This document shows positions 50,307-59,807 of a stretch of DNA of 60,443 bases, one piece after another (position 1 is the first letter of the stretch; the number at the start of each line of letters is the position of its first letter). Origin of the DNA: Bryobacteraceae bacterium (GTDB lineage Bacteria; Acidobacteriota; Terriglobia; Bryobacterales; Bryobacteraceae). The notes beneath the pieces were generated by a model, which was given only the letters and a program-made list of their open reading frames with translations, was not told the origin of the DNA and made no database searches. The position numbers and the translations under genes are program-made. The stretch covers positions 1 through 60,443 of the forward strand of contig JBAVIH010000097.1 of NCBI GenBank assembly GCA_049686695.1, in the 5' to 3' direction.

Positions 50307-51674
50307 TTACGGCTTCCGGGCAATCGCGAAAAGCTGGTTCCGGTTCGTCACAAACAGGGTTCCATTCGCCGGAACCGGAGTGGAGTAGACGTTGCTCCCC
50401 ATGTTCATGGTGGCGATCAGCTTCTCCTGTTTGCCCGCTTCCATCACCAGCACGTCGCCGTCTTCGTCTCCCAGGTACACTTTTCCATCGATCACCATGG
50501 GCGAGCCCCACACGGCAGAGAGGGTGTCGTGCGTCCAGTACGGCTGGCCGGTATTCACGTCCAGGCAGTGGAGATAGCCGGTAAAATCGGCATAGAACAG
50601 GAGCCCGCCGTAAATGGCGCCAGTCGAAATCGAGCGCTTGATTTTGTCGAATTGCCAGAGCCGGCCGCTGGCAGTGATGTCGCCGCGCTTGGTGGCGTCG
50701 ATGGCATAGAGATGCCCGGGGCCCTGGCCGCTTTCGGGGTCCTGGCCATTGGCGATGAACACCTTGTTCTGCCAGATCACCGGCGTGGCGACGATCTCGT
50801 TGCGCGTCTTCGGCCAAACCGAATCCTTGGGGTTGGTGTCGAACTCCCACAGTTTCTTGCCGGTGAGAGCCTCATAACCGCGCACCCAGCCATCGCCTTC
50901 GCCAATCACCACCTGCACCACGCCGCCGATGGAGCCAACCGCGGGAGAGGTCCACTGCCCGTCGAGGATTCGGTCGCCCACCTCATTCACCTGCCAGACC
51001 AGTTTGCCGGTTTCGCGATCGACCGCGATCATGGATGGCGCTTTCGGCGCAGGCACGCTTACGCGGCCCTCATTCCGGCCGTTGGAGGTGCCGGCAAAAA
51101 TCAGGCCGCCGTAGGACGCGGGTGAGGAAGCCGCCTTATCGTGCGGCGACACGCCGAATTCCTGGATCATGTCGAACTTCCAGATCACCCTGGCGTTCCC
51201 TTTGCCGTCGCCGTGCACGTCCAGGCATACCAGTTCGCAACGGTTGTTCACATAGTACAGGCGGTCGCCTTCCACCAGCGGCGCGGAGCAGACTCCGGTT
51301 TCGGGCCAGTCCTTGGTGGAATCCGCGAGCTTCGGGCTGGTGTGCTGCCACAGAAAACGTCCGTCCGACTCGCGGAAACACATCAGCACGCCGCGGTCTC
51401 CGCCTTCCTGCGGGTTGCGCGCCAGCGCGTTGTTGGTGCCGACGTACACCTGTCCGCCGGCCACCACCGGATTGCCGTAGGTTTGCGAACCGAGTTTCGC
51501 CACCCACTTCACGTTCTTGTTGCTTTGGATGTCCCAGGAGATGGGGATGCCCTGCATGGAGGAGACCATGTTGCGGTCTGCCGTGCCGCCCCACATCGGC
51601 CAATCGCCGCCGGAATCGGACCCGGGCAACAGGCAGCCGGAAACCGCGAGACACAGGAGAACGGAGCGCTTCAC
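50307..51674 (-). CDS. PQQ-like beta-propeller repeat lipoprotein
   Basis: 455 aa from GTG 51674, with a GTGA overlap on the upstream stop. Lipobox 'LLCLAVSGC', then 'GGDWPMWGG'. Propeller blades follow. Confidence 0.85.
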   Translation of the reverse strand: MKRSVLLCLAVSGCLLPGSDSGGDWPMWGGTADRNMVSSMQGIPISWDIQSNKNVKWVAKLGSQTYGNPVVAGGQVYVGTNNALARNPQEGGDRGVLMCFRESDGRFLWQHTSPKLADSTKDWPETGVCSAPLVEGDRLYYVNNRCELVCLDVHGDGKGNARVIWKFDMIQEFGVSPHDKAASSPASYGGLIFAGTSNGRNEGRVSVPAPKAPSMIAVDRETGKLVWQVNEVGDRILDGQWTSPAVGSIGGVVQVVIGEGDGWVRGYEALTGKKLWEFDTNPKDSVWPKTRNEIVATPVIWQNKVFIANGQDPESGQGPGHLYAIDATKRGDITASGRLWQFDKIKRSISTGAIYGGLLFYADFTGYLHCLDVNTGQPYWTHDTLSAVWGSPMVIDGKVYLGDEDGDVLVMEAGKQEKLIATMNMGSNVYSTPVPANGTLFVTNRNQLFAIARKP

Positions 51675-53029
51675 TTGCTGCCTTCCGTGTTCCCGATGGC
51701 GAACAAATGCCTGGCCCCGCGCACGATCAGCAGATCGTCCGCCCATGCCGGAGTGGCCAGAACAGGCTCGCCAATCGGATTCTTGGCGACCAGTTCAAAC
51801 TGTGGCCCCGCTTTCACGACGAAGACATCCCCATCTTCACTCGCGAGATACAGGTTCCCCGCCGCGGCGACGGGTGACGCGACAAACGAGTCCCCCTCGA
51901 CGCGTTGTTGGTAGAGGCGGTTTCCGGTCTTGGCGTCATAAGCCGCCAATATACCGTTGTTGCCGAGCGTGTAAAGCAGATCGCCGTATAGAATCGGCGA
52001 GGGCAGATATGTGCCGCCGCGTTGCTTGCTCCACGCGACCCGATCGCTCGAATCCTTGCCGGCCTCGAGCGTAAGGTTGCCCGTGGATCCGATCTTGATC
52101 GCATAGATCGGTTGGATTGGCGCATAGCCCGAGGTCACGAAGATCAATCCCTGGCCCGAGACGGGGGTTGTGCAAGGGATCTCGGAATTGGGGCCCAGCG
52201 TCCACAGCTCTTTCCCGGTATCCGCGTCGTAGCCGCGAATCGCTTTGGCTCCATTCGTAACCACTTCCGTGCGGTCCTTGCCTGCGACGACCGTCGGCGT
52301 GCCCCAGGTCGGAAGTTCCGCCCGCGCCGTACGCCAGAGCTCTTTGCCGTCCTTCAGATCGAAGGCGGCGATGAACGAATCTTTCTGGCGGTCGCAGAGC
52401 ACGATTACGGAGTTCTTGTAGAGCACGGGCGAACTGCCCGCTCCCCATTCCGAATCGGGGTCGAAGAACCATCCCGCATTCTGAAGCCCCAAGTCTTTCT
52501 GCCAGAGCAGCTTCCCGCCGGGCGAATAGGCGTACAGCCCTTCGGAACCGAAATAGGCGACTACCACGCTGCCATTGGCCGCGGGAGACGGCGAGGCCTG
52601 CGACGATTTTGGATGGCGCTTGGTCCTGGGAACGCCTTCGTGCGCGGTCTGTTGCCACAGCAGTTTCCCGGTGAGCTTGTCCAGCGCCATCACCTTCCAC
52701 TGGTGCGGGCTGCGGTCGTTTGCCGAATCGGTGTCGCCATAAAGGCCGGTGCGGAGCTTCTGCGTGGGGTCGCTTGAGATCGCCGTGGTTACGTATACGC
52801 GGTCGCCCCAGACTATCGGCGAGGACACCGAAAGGCCCGGGATCTCCGCCTTCCAGACAATATTGGTTCCTTTCGCCGCGTCCCAGCGGATGGGCGGCTT
52901 GGCGCCCGAGCCAACGCCCGAAGCCGATGGCCCCCGGAATTGCGGCCAGTCCGCCGCCGTGGCAAGGCTGGCCGCAGCCATCGTGCCGAGAGCGAGCCAG
53001 CGCCAGGATGCGCGTCCGTGCCGGTTCAT
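51671..53029 (-). CDS. PQQ-like beta-propeller repeat protein, secreted
   Basis: 452 aa. Signal peptide, then 'AADWPQFRGPSASG'. Repeated blade motifs. ATGA overlap with the ankyrin gene stop. Confidence 0.85.
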   Translation of the reverse strand: MNRHGRASWRWLALGTMAAASLATAADWPQFRGPSASGVGSGAKPPIRWDAAKGTNIVWKAEIPGLSVSSPIVWGDRVYVTTAISSDPTQKLRTGLYGDTDSANDRSPHQWKVMALDKLTGKLLWQQTAHEGVPRTKRHPKSSQASPSPAANGSVVVAYFGSEGLYAYSPGGKLLWQKDLGLQNAGWFFDPDSEWGAGSSPVLYKNSVIVLCDRQKDSFIAAFDLKDGKELWRTARAELPTWGTPTVVAGKDRTEVVTNGAKAIRGYDADTGKELWTLGPNSEIPCTTPVSGQGLIFVTSGYAPIQPIYAIKIGSTGNLTLEAGKDSSDRVAWSKQRGGTYLPSPILYGDLLYTLGNNGILAAYDAKTGNRLYQQRVEGDSFVASPVAAAGNLYLASEDGDVFVVKAGPQFELVAKNPIGEPVLATPAWADDLLIVRGARHLFAIGNTEGSK

Positions 53030-53811
53030 TGGGTCACCGCTTTCTTGAAACTGTAGCTGGCGCCGCCCTGCTTGAGCGTGAAGCTGGCGGAGGAATCGAA
53101 ATCCACTTCGACCTGGGCCAGCGCGAATTCGAAATGCGTCGCGCTCTTGGGTTTAAGCGCAAACTCGGGTTGGCCGGTGGCCTGCATGTACAGCTTGCCT
53201 TCTTTCGAAAAAACTTTAATGTCGAGCGGGATCTTGTCGGATTTGTAGGTGCCCGCATATGCCTCGAGCGTCTTGGCATCCACCACGAAGGCCGGCGCCG
53301 GTTCGTGCGCTCCCGCCTTTTTCAATAGGGCGGCGACCTCCTTCCGATTGCCGCCGAGCGCCGCCTCATAGCTCTTGTCCAATGCCGGCTGGCTCGGCTT
53401 GCCGGTCTCCAGAAAAGCCTCCACCAGATCGGCATTGCCGGTTGCCGCCACCGATGCCAGAATTGCGTCGGGATTCGCCGTTTCTTTGCGGATCAGCAGT
53501 TTCGCCACGCCATAGTGCTTGCGCATGAGGACAAAATCGAGCATCGACGCATGGTAGAAAGTGTCGCGAACGTCCGGATTGGCGCCCTTGTCCAGTAGAA
53601 AACGGACCACCTCCTCGCGGCCGTTCATGGCCGCCAGGTACAGCGGCGTTTGGCCGTACGCGGTCTTCGTCTCCAGCGCCGCGCCTTTCCCGATCAGTGT
53701 CTGGACGGCGGACAAGTCGCCCGTGCGCGAGGCTTCGAGCAAGTCCTCGTTGACGTCCCCGGCACCGAAGCCAAGGGACGCCGCGAAAATCAGTAATGCG
53801 ATTCTGTGCAT
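53026..53811 (-). CDS. Secreted ankyrin-repeat protein with C-terminal beta-rich (DUF3471-like) domain
   Basis: 261 aa from ATG 53811. Signal 'MHRIALLIFAASLGFGA'. Ankyrin repeats ('DLLEASRTGDLSAVQTLIGKGAALE', 'GQTPLYLAAMNGREEVVRFLLDKGANPD'). Confidence 0.8.
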   Translation of the reverse strand: MHRIALLIFAASLGFGAGDVNEDLLEASRTGDLSAVQTLIGKGAALETKTAYGQTPLYLAAMNGREEVVRFLLDKGANPDVRDTFYHASMLDFVLMRKHYGVAKLLIRKETANPDAILASVAATGNADLVEAFLETGKPSQPALDKSYEAALGGNRKEVAALLKKAGAHEPAPAFVVDAKTLEAYAGTYKSDKIPLDIKVFSKEGKLYMQATGQPEFALKPKSATHFEFALAQVEVDFDSSASFTLKQGGASYSFKKAVTQ

Positions 53812-53816
53812 TCCGC

Positions 53817-55016
53817 TCACCGCTTGATGTCGTAACAGTAAAGATTGTTCTGCTCCCGCAGGTAGAGTTGGCCGTTGGCGATTGCCGGCGGGGTCCATGT
53901 GTTGAAGGGGCCGCGCGGGATCTCGAACCGCGAGACTTCCTTGTAGGCGGCGGGCGTGGGGTCGATCAACCCGACCGCGCCATCCTCGCCCATGCAATAG
54001 AGGCGCTGGCCGGCATAGATGCAATTGCCTTTGCCGACGCTGCGATTCCGCCACGCAACCTTCCCCGTTTTGAATTCCATGGCGGTGAGGATTTCACTCG
54101 AAAAACCGTAAAGGTAGTCCCCCACCAGCACCGAGGTGGTGTAGTGGTTGCGCATGTCCCGGTTGAAATACGCCTCGGCGGTCTTGCCGTCCGGGGTGGG
54201 CTTGAGCAGCACGCAACCCGTGCCGTAATCGGTCGAAAAAAACACGGCCCCATCGTTGGCGATTGGGGTGGCGATGTTCGCCACGCGGTTGGCGACTCGG
54301 GGGTATCGCCACAGCAGCGCGCCATCCTTGGCGTCCAGCCCGATGGCAGCCTCCGCGGTGAGCAGCGCCAGAGCGTGCGTGCCGCCGATATCGAGCGCAA
54401 TCGCGGAGGAATAGCCGGCTCGATCGTTCTGCGACTTCCATACGAGGTTGCCGGTGCTCTTGTTCAGGGCCACCACAGCCGCCGCGGGACCGCCGGGCAT
54501 GACGATGAGGCGGTCGCCATCCACCAGCGGCGATTCGCTGTACCCCCAGTTCGGCTCCCGGCCGGCGAATTGCTCGACCAGATTCAACTCCCAAACGCGT
54601 CTGCCGCTGGCAGTTTCCAGGCACACCAGTGTGCCATCGGCGGACAAGGCGTACAAGCGCGCGCCGTCCACCGTCGGCGTACCCCGGGGACCATGCCCGC
54701 GCTCCCCGTTGAAAGCCTTGCCGGCCGCTGTCTTCCAAAGCTGCCTGCCGTTATGAACGTCGTAGGCCATCACGAACTGCTGCCCACCCCGCTGGCCCTG
54801 AACGTAGAGACGATCGCCGGCGATGGCAGGCCCGGAATAACCATCCCCCAAATCCTGCGCCTTCCAGAGCAGGCGCGGCCCGTCTTTAGGCCACGAGTCG
54901 AGCAAGCCCGTCTCGGCCGACTTTCCATCGCGATTCACACTGCGCCACTGCGGCCAATCGGCCGCCGGCGCAATGACGCCGGAGATAAGCAGAATCAGAC
55001 CGAGATGTCTGGGCAT
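53817..55016 (-). CDS. PQQ-like beta-propeller repeat protein, secreted
   Basis: 399 aa. Signal 'MPRHLGLILLISGVIAPA', then 'ADWPQWRSVNRDG'. Blade repeats. Confidence 0.85.
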   Translation of the reverse strand: MPRHLGLILLISGVIAPAADWPQWRSVNRDGKSAETGLLDSWPKDGPRLLWKAQDLGDGYSGPAIAGDRLYVQGQRGGQQFVMAYDVHNGRQLWKTAAGKAFNGERGHGPRGTPTVDGARLYALSADGTLVCLETASGRRVWELNLVEQFAGREPNWGYSESPLVDGDRLIVMPGGPAAAVVALNKSTGNLVWKSQNDRAGYSSAIALDIGGTHALALLTAEAAIGLDAKDGALLWRYPRVANRVANIATPIANDGAVFFSTDYGTGCVLLKPTPDGKTAEAYFNRDMRNHYTTSVLVGDYLYGFSSEILTAMEFKTGKVAWRNRSVGKGNCIYAGQRLYCMGEDGAVGLIDPTPAAYKEVSRFEIPRGPFNTWTPPAIANGQLYLREQNNLYCYDIKR

Positions 55017-55064
55017 GTCGAGAGGTTAACTTATTGCCGCACATGGCGCAACGTGGGCAAACAC

Positions 55065-55133
55065 GGGCAAGCTAAAGCATGCCCCACCAACAGCTTCGCG
55101 TACCGCCGGGTGGGACATTTTCTAGGTTGCCCC
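55065..55133. repeat. Degenerate REP-like inverted pair in the divergent promoter region
   Basis: 'gggcaagctaaagcatgccccaccaa' (55065-55090) pairs with an imperfect inverted copy 'ggtgggacattttctaggttgcccc' (55109-55133). Confidence 0.5.
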
Positions 55134-55197
55134 GGCCTCACAAACTGTTGTTCTTTTCAACAAAAAGGACCTGAAAAGCTGTAAAATGTAGCTAGAT

Positions 55198-56454
55198 ATG
55201 CTCACGCGGCGTGGTTGGATTATCGGTGCCGGCTCATTAGGGGTTTCCGCGCTGCTGCCGGCGGCGCAAGGGACAGACTGGCCGCAGTTTCGCGGGGCGG
55301 ATCGCAGCAATGTCTCTAGGGAAACTGGACTATTGCATAAATGGCCAGCGGCCGGACCGAAACGCCTGTGGTCGGTACCTGTGGAACAGGGGTATGCCGG
55401 CGCGGCCATCGTCCGGGGCCGTGTCTACCACCACGATTACGACGTGAAAAAGTCGGAGTGGATCGCCAACTGCCGCTCGCTGACCGACGGCAAGCAGATC
55501 TGGCAGTTCCGGGAAGCTCGCGAGATTCGTCCCAACCACGCCATCACGCGGACGGTTCCGGCGGTAGACGGCAGGTTTGTGATTTCGCTCGATCCGAAAG
55601 CCGTGCTGCATTGCCTGGATGCCAAGACGGGCAAGCAGCTCTGGCGCAAGAGCCTGGTCGAGGAATACAAATCCACCATCCCATCGTGGTACAACGGCCA
55701 GAACCCGCTGCAAGAAGAAGACCGGGTGATTGTGGCAACCGGCGGAGCGGCCATCATGGTTGCGCTCGAAAAGGCTACCGGCAAGGAGATCTGGCGCACG
55801 CCGAATCCGGGGCAAGTGATGATGTCGCACGCTTCGGTGATGCCGGCCGTGCTGGGCGGGGTCAGGCAGTATCTCTATGGAACGCTGGCCGGACCGCTGG
55901 GCGTTGCCGCCAGGGATGGCAAGCTGCTGTGGGCGTTTCACCGCAAGTTCAACGTGGCCGTGGCGCCGTCGCCCATCGCCGCCACCGACGAACTGGTGTT
56001 CATGACCGCCAGCTATGACGCGGGCAGCGTGATGGTTCGGGTGCGGCGCACCGGAGACGTCTTCAAAGCCGAGAGCGTCTTCGACATGCAGCACAACGAG
56101 TGGAACTCCGAGGTGCACACGCCAATCGTCTACAAGGGCCACCTGTTCGCCGTCGGGAAAAAGAAGCGCGGCTTGTTCACTTGCCTGAGTTTGGACGGCA
56201 AGGAGGTCTGGACCAGCGAGGGGAAAGCCTCGTTCGGCCTGGGCGGCTTTCTGCTGGCGGATGGCATGTTCTTCGTCATGGATGGCGACACGGGCAAACT
56301 GCACTTGATCGAGGCGAGCACGGCCGGGTACAACGAATTCTCGAGCTCCCCGGTTCTTTCGGGAGAGGAAGTCTGGGGGCCGATGGCATTGTCGGACGGC
56401 AAGCTGGTGGTGCGGGATTTGAACCAGATGATATGTCTTGACGTTAGAGGATGA
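55198..56454 (+). CDS. PQQ-like beta-propeller repeat protein with TAT-like signal
   Basis: 418 aa. 'MLTRRGWIIGAGSLGVSALLPAAQG', then 'TDWPQFRGADRSN'. Blade repeats. Confidence 0.85.
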   Translation: MLTRRGWIIGAGSLGVSALLPAAQGTDWPQFRGADRSNVSRETGLLHKWPAAGPKRLWSVPVEQGYAGAAIVRGRVYHHDYDVKKSEWIANCRSLTDGKQIWQFREAREIRPNHAITRTVPAVDGRFVISLDPKAVLHCLDAKTGKQLWRKSLVEEYKSTIPSWYNGQNPLQEEDRVIVATGGAAIMVALEKATGKEIWRTPNPGQVMMSHASVMPAVLGGVRQYLYGTLAGPLGVAARDGKLLWAFHRKFNVAVAPSPIAATDELVFMTASYDAGSVMVRVRRTGDVFKAESVFDMQHNEWNSEVHTPIVYKGHLFAVGKKKRGLFTCLSLDGKEVWTSEGKASFGLGGFLLADGMFFVMDGDTGKLHLIEASTAGYNEFSSSPVLSGEEVWGPMALSDGKLVVRDLNQMICLDVRG

Positions 56455-56475
56455 TGGGGGAGAGGAGATCGCGCC

Positions 56476-57294
56476 ATGCAATACCGGCACGTTCAGGTCA
56501 TAGGCGGCAAGGGCGCTCCCGACGGATTCACCACCGCGTTGCGGGGCATCGCGGTTGACGCTCGCGGGCAGCTCTATGCCGCCGGCGACGCCGAAATCAA
56601 GGTCTTCGATGGCGCCGGCCGGCTCAAGAAGCGATGGCCGGCCGCGGGCGCGGTGCACTCTGTCGCGGTGGCCAGCGACGGGGCGGTATTCGCCGGCCAA
56701 CTCGGGCAAATCGAGATTTTCGATGGCACTGGAAAGCTCCTCAACACCTGGCGGGACGAAAAACTGCTCGGCCGGGTGACGGCCATCGGCTTCACTAAGG
56801 ACAGCGTGTTGGCTGGGGATGCGGGCGGCCGCGCCATCCGGCGCTTCGACCGCAGCGGCAAATTCGTCAACAACATCGGCAAAGACAACCCGTTAAGCGG
56901 CCTGCTGACCCCGAATGGCGTGGTGGATTTCGCCGTGGACGCGCATGACACAATCTACGCAACCAACCCGGGAAAGCATCGCGTCGAGCGGTATACGCCG
57001 GGCGGCGAGTTGCTCGGCCACATAGGGCGGTTCGACGGGATCGATCCGGCGGGATTCACCGGTTGCTGCAATCCGACCAACGTGGCGGTCCGCGACCAAA
57101 TCTTCACCACGGAAAAGGCCTCGCCGCGCGTCAAAGCTTATGATTTCACCGGGAAACTGCTGGCGGTGATCGCGACGGATCTGTTCGACGCCAACTGCAA
57201 GAACATGAGCATTGCGGTGGATGCGCGCAACCGCGTCTATGTCGTCGATACGGTGAAGCTCGAGATCTTTGTTTTCGAACCGGCGATTGTATGA
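56476..57294 (+). CDS. NHL-repeat beta-propeller protein (no evident signal peptide)
   Basis: 272 aa. Repeated 'G(I/F)AVD..G.(L/I)Y(A/V)(A/T)(D/N)...(I/V).(V/R)(F/Y)' units. A 'GCCNPTN' motif. Confidence 0.7.
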   Translation: MQYRHVQVIGGKGAPDGFTTALRGIAVDARGQLYAAGDAEIKVFDGAGRLKKRWPAAGAVHSVAVASDGAVFAGQLGQIEIFDGTGKLLNTWRDEKLLGRVTAIGFTKDSVLAGDAGGRAIRRFDRSGKFVNNIGKDNPLSGLLTPNGVVDFAVDAHDTIYATNPGKHRVERYTPGGELLGHIGRFDGIDPAGFTGCCNPTNVAVRDQIFTTEKASPRVKAYDFTGKLLAVIATDLFDANCKNMSIAVDARNRVYVVDTVKLEIFVFEPAIV

Positions 57295-57908
57295 GCGAAG
57301 ACCTGACAAGGCGGGACCTGTTCGCCAAGGTGGCACGCGGGACCGTGCTGGCCACGCTGGCCGGGGGCGCGGTCTTCCTGGTCAAGAAGGCCAACGGGCA
57401 GGTGGTGTGGCAGGTGAATGCGTCGCGCTGCATCAACAGCCGGCTGGGCGAGGTCGGCGTGGAGGCGTGCAATCTCTGTACCACCGAGTGCGTGGTGGCG
57501 CTGTCGGCTGTCCGCGCGGTCAATGAGTATTCCAAGTGCGGCCGCTGCAACATCTGCCCGGCGTACTTCAACATCACCAGCGCGGTGAACGAACTGGGGC
57601 AGCCCAGCGAGAAGCTGTGCCCGCGCGACGCGATCGCCCGCAAACCGATCGGCAAGGTGGATCCCGAAGACCCGGCCAACAACTTCTACGAGTACATCAT
57701 CGACGAGGAAAAGTGCGATGGCTGCGGAAAGTGCGTTATGCAATGCAAGGATCCGCTGGGTTTGGGGTCGATCACCTTGCGGATTCGCTATGACAGGTGC
57801 GTCAATTGCAACTCGTGCTCCATATCGAGGGCGTGTCCGCAGAACGCCCTGATGCAACTGCCGGTCGAACAGGCACTCCGGCCGTCCGTGCTCCAGCGAA
57901 CGGGATAG
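57291..57908 (+). CDS. TAT-exported poly-[4Fe-4S] ferredoxin (NapG/MauM-like)
   Basis: 205 aa, ATGA-type overlap. Twin-arginine 'LTRRDLFAKVARG'. Motifs 'CGRCNICPAY', 'CDGCGKCVMQC' and 'CVNCNSCSISRACP'. Confidence 0.8.
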   Translation: MSEDLTRRDLFAKVARGTVLATLAGGAVFLVKKANGQVVWQVNASRCINSRLGEVGVEACNLCTTECVVALSAVRAVNEYSKCGRCNICPAYFNITSAVNELGQPSEKLCPRDAIARKPIGKVDPEDPANNFYEYIIDEEKCDGCGKCVMQCKDPLGLGSITLRIRYDRCVNCNSCSISRACPQNALMQLPVEQALRPSVLQRTG

Positions 57909-57909
57909 C

Positions 57910-58908
57910 ATGAGCGTGCTTCCACAGCTCGGGCGCCGGGCATGGGCTCTTGCGCTGCTCGCCCTCATACTAGGCGCCGTCCGGAGTGCGCCGGCTCAGG
58001 CAATCGATTACCAGCGTCCGGTGGAAACGGCTCCCCAGGCGGATGCCATTGGCGGCGGCTACCAGACGCCCGCGGTGCAGAAGCCGAAACCGCGGGACTA
58101 CTGGCTACAGGTGCTGGATGTGGTGGCGTTGGCCGCCGCGATGGGGGTCTCGGTCTGGCTGGTGCTCAGGCGGCGCAGCCGAAAATGGCTGGTGGCGATC
58201 GCCATCGGCTGCCTCGGGTATTTCGGCTTCTACCGCGAGGGCTGCATCTGCCCGGTCGGATCGCTGCAGAACGTGGTGGTGGCCATCGTGGATCCCAAGT
58301 ATTCCATCCCGATCGTGGTGACGGCGACCTTCGTTTTGCCGCTGGTAGTGGCGTTGTTTTTCGGCCGCGCTTTCTGCGGAGGCGTTTGCGCGCTGGGCGC
58401 GATTCAGGAACTGGTGGTGCTGAAGCCGGTCCAGGTGCCGCGGCGGCTCGACAATGCGCTGGGCTTGCTGAAGTATGTGTACCTGGCGACGGTGATCCTG
58501 TTCGCCGTGAAGCCGGCATTGGGGCGCGATTTTTTGATCTGCCGGTTCGACCCGTTTGTGGGCTTCTTCCGGCGAACGGGCACGCCGCACATGCTGCTGC
58601 TGGGCGGGGCATTTCTGGTGGTGGGCATGTTCGTGGGACGGCCCTATTGCCGCTACCTGTGCCCGTATGGCGGACTGCTCAACTGGTGCGCGCGGCTGGC
58701 CCGCCGCGGTGTGTCGATCACGCCGGACAGGGAACTGGATTGCGGCCTGTGCGCCGGGGCTTGCCCCTACGGCGCCATCGAGCGAATGCGGGCTGTTGGC
58801 CGGAATTGTCTGTACTGTGCGCGATGCTATTCCTGGTGCCCCAACGATCGCGAACTGGCGCACGCCAAGGCGGCATTGGTCCAGGTGTCCGGAGCGACGC
58901 CGTCATGA
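57910..58908 (+). CDS. NapH/MauN/NosR-type membrane-bound 4Fe-4S protein
   Basis: 332 aa. TM helices carrying 'CICPVGSLQN', 'GRAFCGGVCALGAIQE' and 'GRPYCRYLCPYGGLLNW'. C-terminal 'CGLCAGACPYGAI' and 'CLYCARCYSWCP'. Confidence 0.8.
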   Translation: MSVLPQLGRRAWALALLALILGAVRSAPAQAIDYQRPVETAPQADAIGGGYQTPAVQKPKPRDYWLQVLDVVALAAAMGVSVWLVLRRRSRKWLVAIAIGCLGYFGFYREGCICPVGSLQNVVVAIVDPKYSIPIVVTATFVLPLVVALFFGRAFCGGVCALGAIQELVVLKPVQVPRRLDNALGLLKYVYLATVILFAVKPALGRDFLICRFDPFVGFFRRTGTPHMLLLGGAFLVVGMFVGRPYCRYLCPYGGLLNWCARLARRGVSITPDRELDCGLCAGACPYGAIERMRAVGRNCLYCARCYSWCPNDRELAHAKAALVQVSGATPS

Positions 58909-59807
58909 TCGGCGAAGGACAGCGCTCCATCGCGCGAACCGGGAGCCTGATTGCCGGCGCATTGGTCGCGTTGTCGGTGGCCATTCTGCTCACGGACTAC
59001 GTGGTGGCCAGCCGGCGGGCGCCGGGCGACGACAAACTCATCCGGGAGTTGCAGCGACAAACCAGAAACGATGCATCCTTTGCACCCAGACTGGCCGCCG
59101 AGCAGAAAAGAGTTACGGCTGCGCGGCTCGCCCGGAAGAGCCGGGACAACGCCGTTGCGTGGGCGCTGATTTCGGCGGCAAGCGCGTTCCTTGCGTTTGC
59201 CAAGCGAGTGGTGAGGCGGGAGAAACCTGCGGCGCCTGCTGTGCGGGGCGGAGGCGATGGCAAGAGCGCGACCGGGGGGTCGCGCGCGGACGGGCCCAGA
59301 GGGCACCCCGTCCGCCCCACTTTGCCGCCTGAGCTGGATCTGAGCTTCGTGGACCGAATGGTGTGCGAAATCGGCCGCGGCAGAGAAGCGGCCATTCCGT
59401 TGCTGCAAGCCATTCAGGCCCACTATCGCTATCTGCCGGATGAGGCTCTGCGCCGACTCTGCGAGCTGACCGACATCACGCCGGCCGAGGTCGCGGGCAC
59501 GTCGTCGTTCTATGCCAGGTTCCGCCGCTCGCCGGTGGGCGAGCATATCGTCCGCGTCTGCCACGGGACGGCTTGCCACGTATCCGGGGCGCGCCAGATC
59601 ACCGAAGAACTGCGCCGTTATCTGGCGATCCCCGATGGCGAAGACACCGATGCCGCGCGCCTGTTCACGCTCGACGAGGTAGCCTGCCTGGGTTGCTGCA
59701 GCCTGGCGCCGGTCCTGATGGTGGATGGCCACACGGCCGGCAAGCTGACCCCCGCCACCGCGTGTGACGCGCTGAAACTCGCCGAGCGGAAAGAGCTGCC
59801 GGCATGA
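58905..59807 (+). CDS. NuoE/HoxE-type [2Fe-2S] protein with an N-terminal membrane-spanning extension of about 170 aa
   Basis: 300 aa, ATGA overlap. Two hydrophobic helices ('SLIAGALVALSVAILLTDYVV', 'AVAWALISAASAFLAFA'). C-terminal 'AIPLLQAIQAHYRYLPDEALRRLCELTDITPAEVAGTSSFYARF...VCHGTACHVSG...CLGCCSLAPVLMVDG'. Confidence 0.8.
   Translation: MIGEGQRSIARTGSLIAGALVALSVAILLTDYVVASRRAPGDDKLIRELQRQTRNDASFAPRLAAEQKRVTAARLARKSRDNAVAWALISAASAFLAFAKRVVRREKPAAPAVRGGGDGKSATGGSRADGPRGHPVRPTLPPELDLSFVDRMVCEIGRGREAAIPLLQAIQAHYRYLPDEALRRLCELTDITPAEVAGTSSFYARFRRSPVGEHIVRVCHGTACHVSGARQITEELRRYLAIPDGEDTDAARLFTLDEVACLGCCSLAPVLMVDGHTAGKLTPATACDALKLAERKELPA

Noticed and set aside
16225-55133. REP-like units as a possible CRISPR array
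   Set aside because: The copies are dispersed or paired in inverted orientation, not in a regularly spaced direct-repeat array. No cas genes are present.
53796-56709. 462-aa plus-strand ORF (53796..55184) and 459-aa minus-strand ORF (55330..56709)
   Set aside because: Each is antisense to a PQQ-like propeller gene that has a signal peptide and repeated blade motifs. The alternative products lack any signature.
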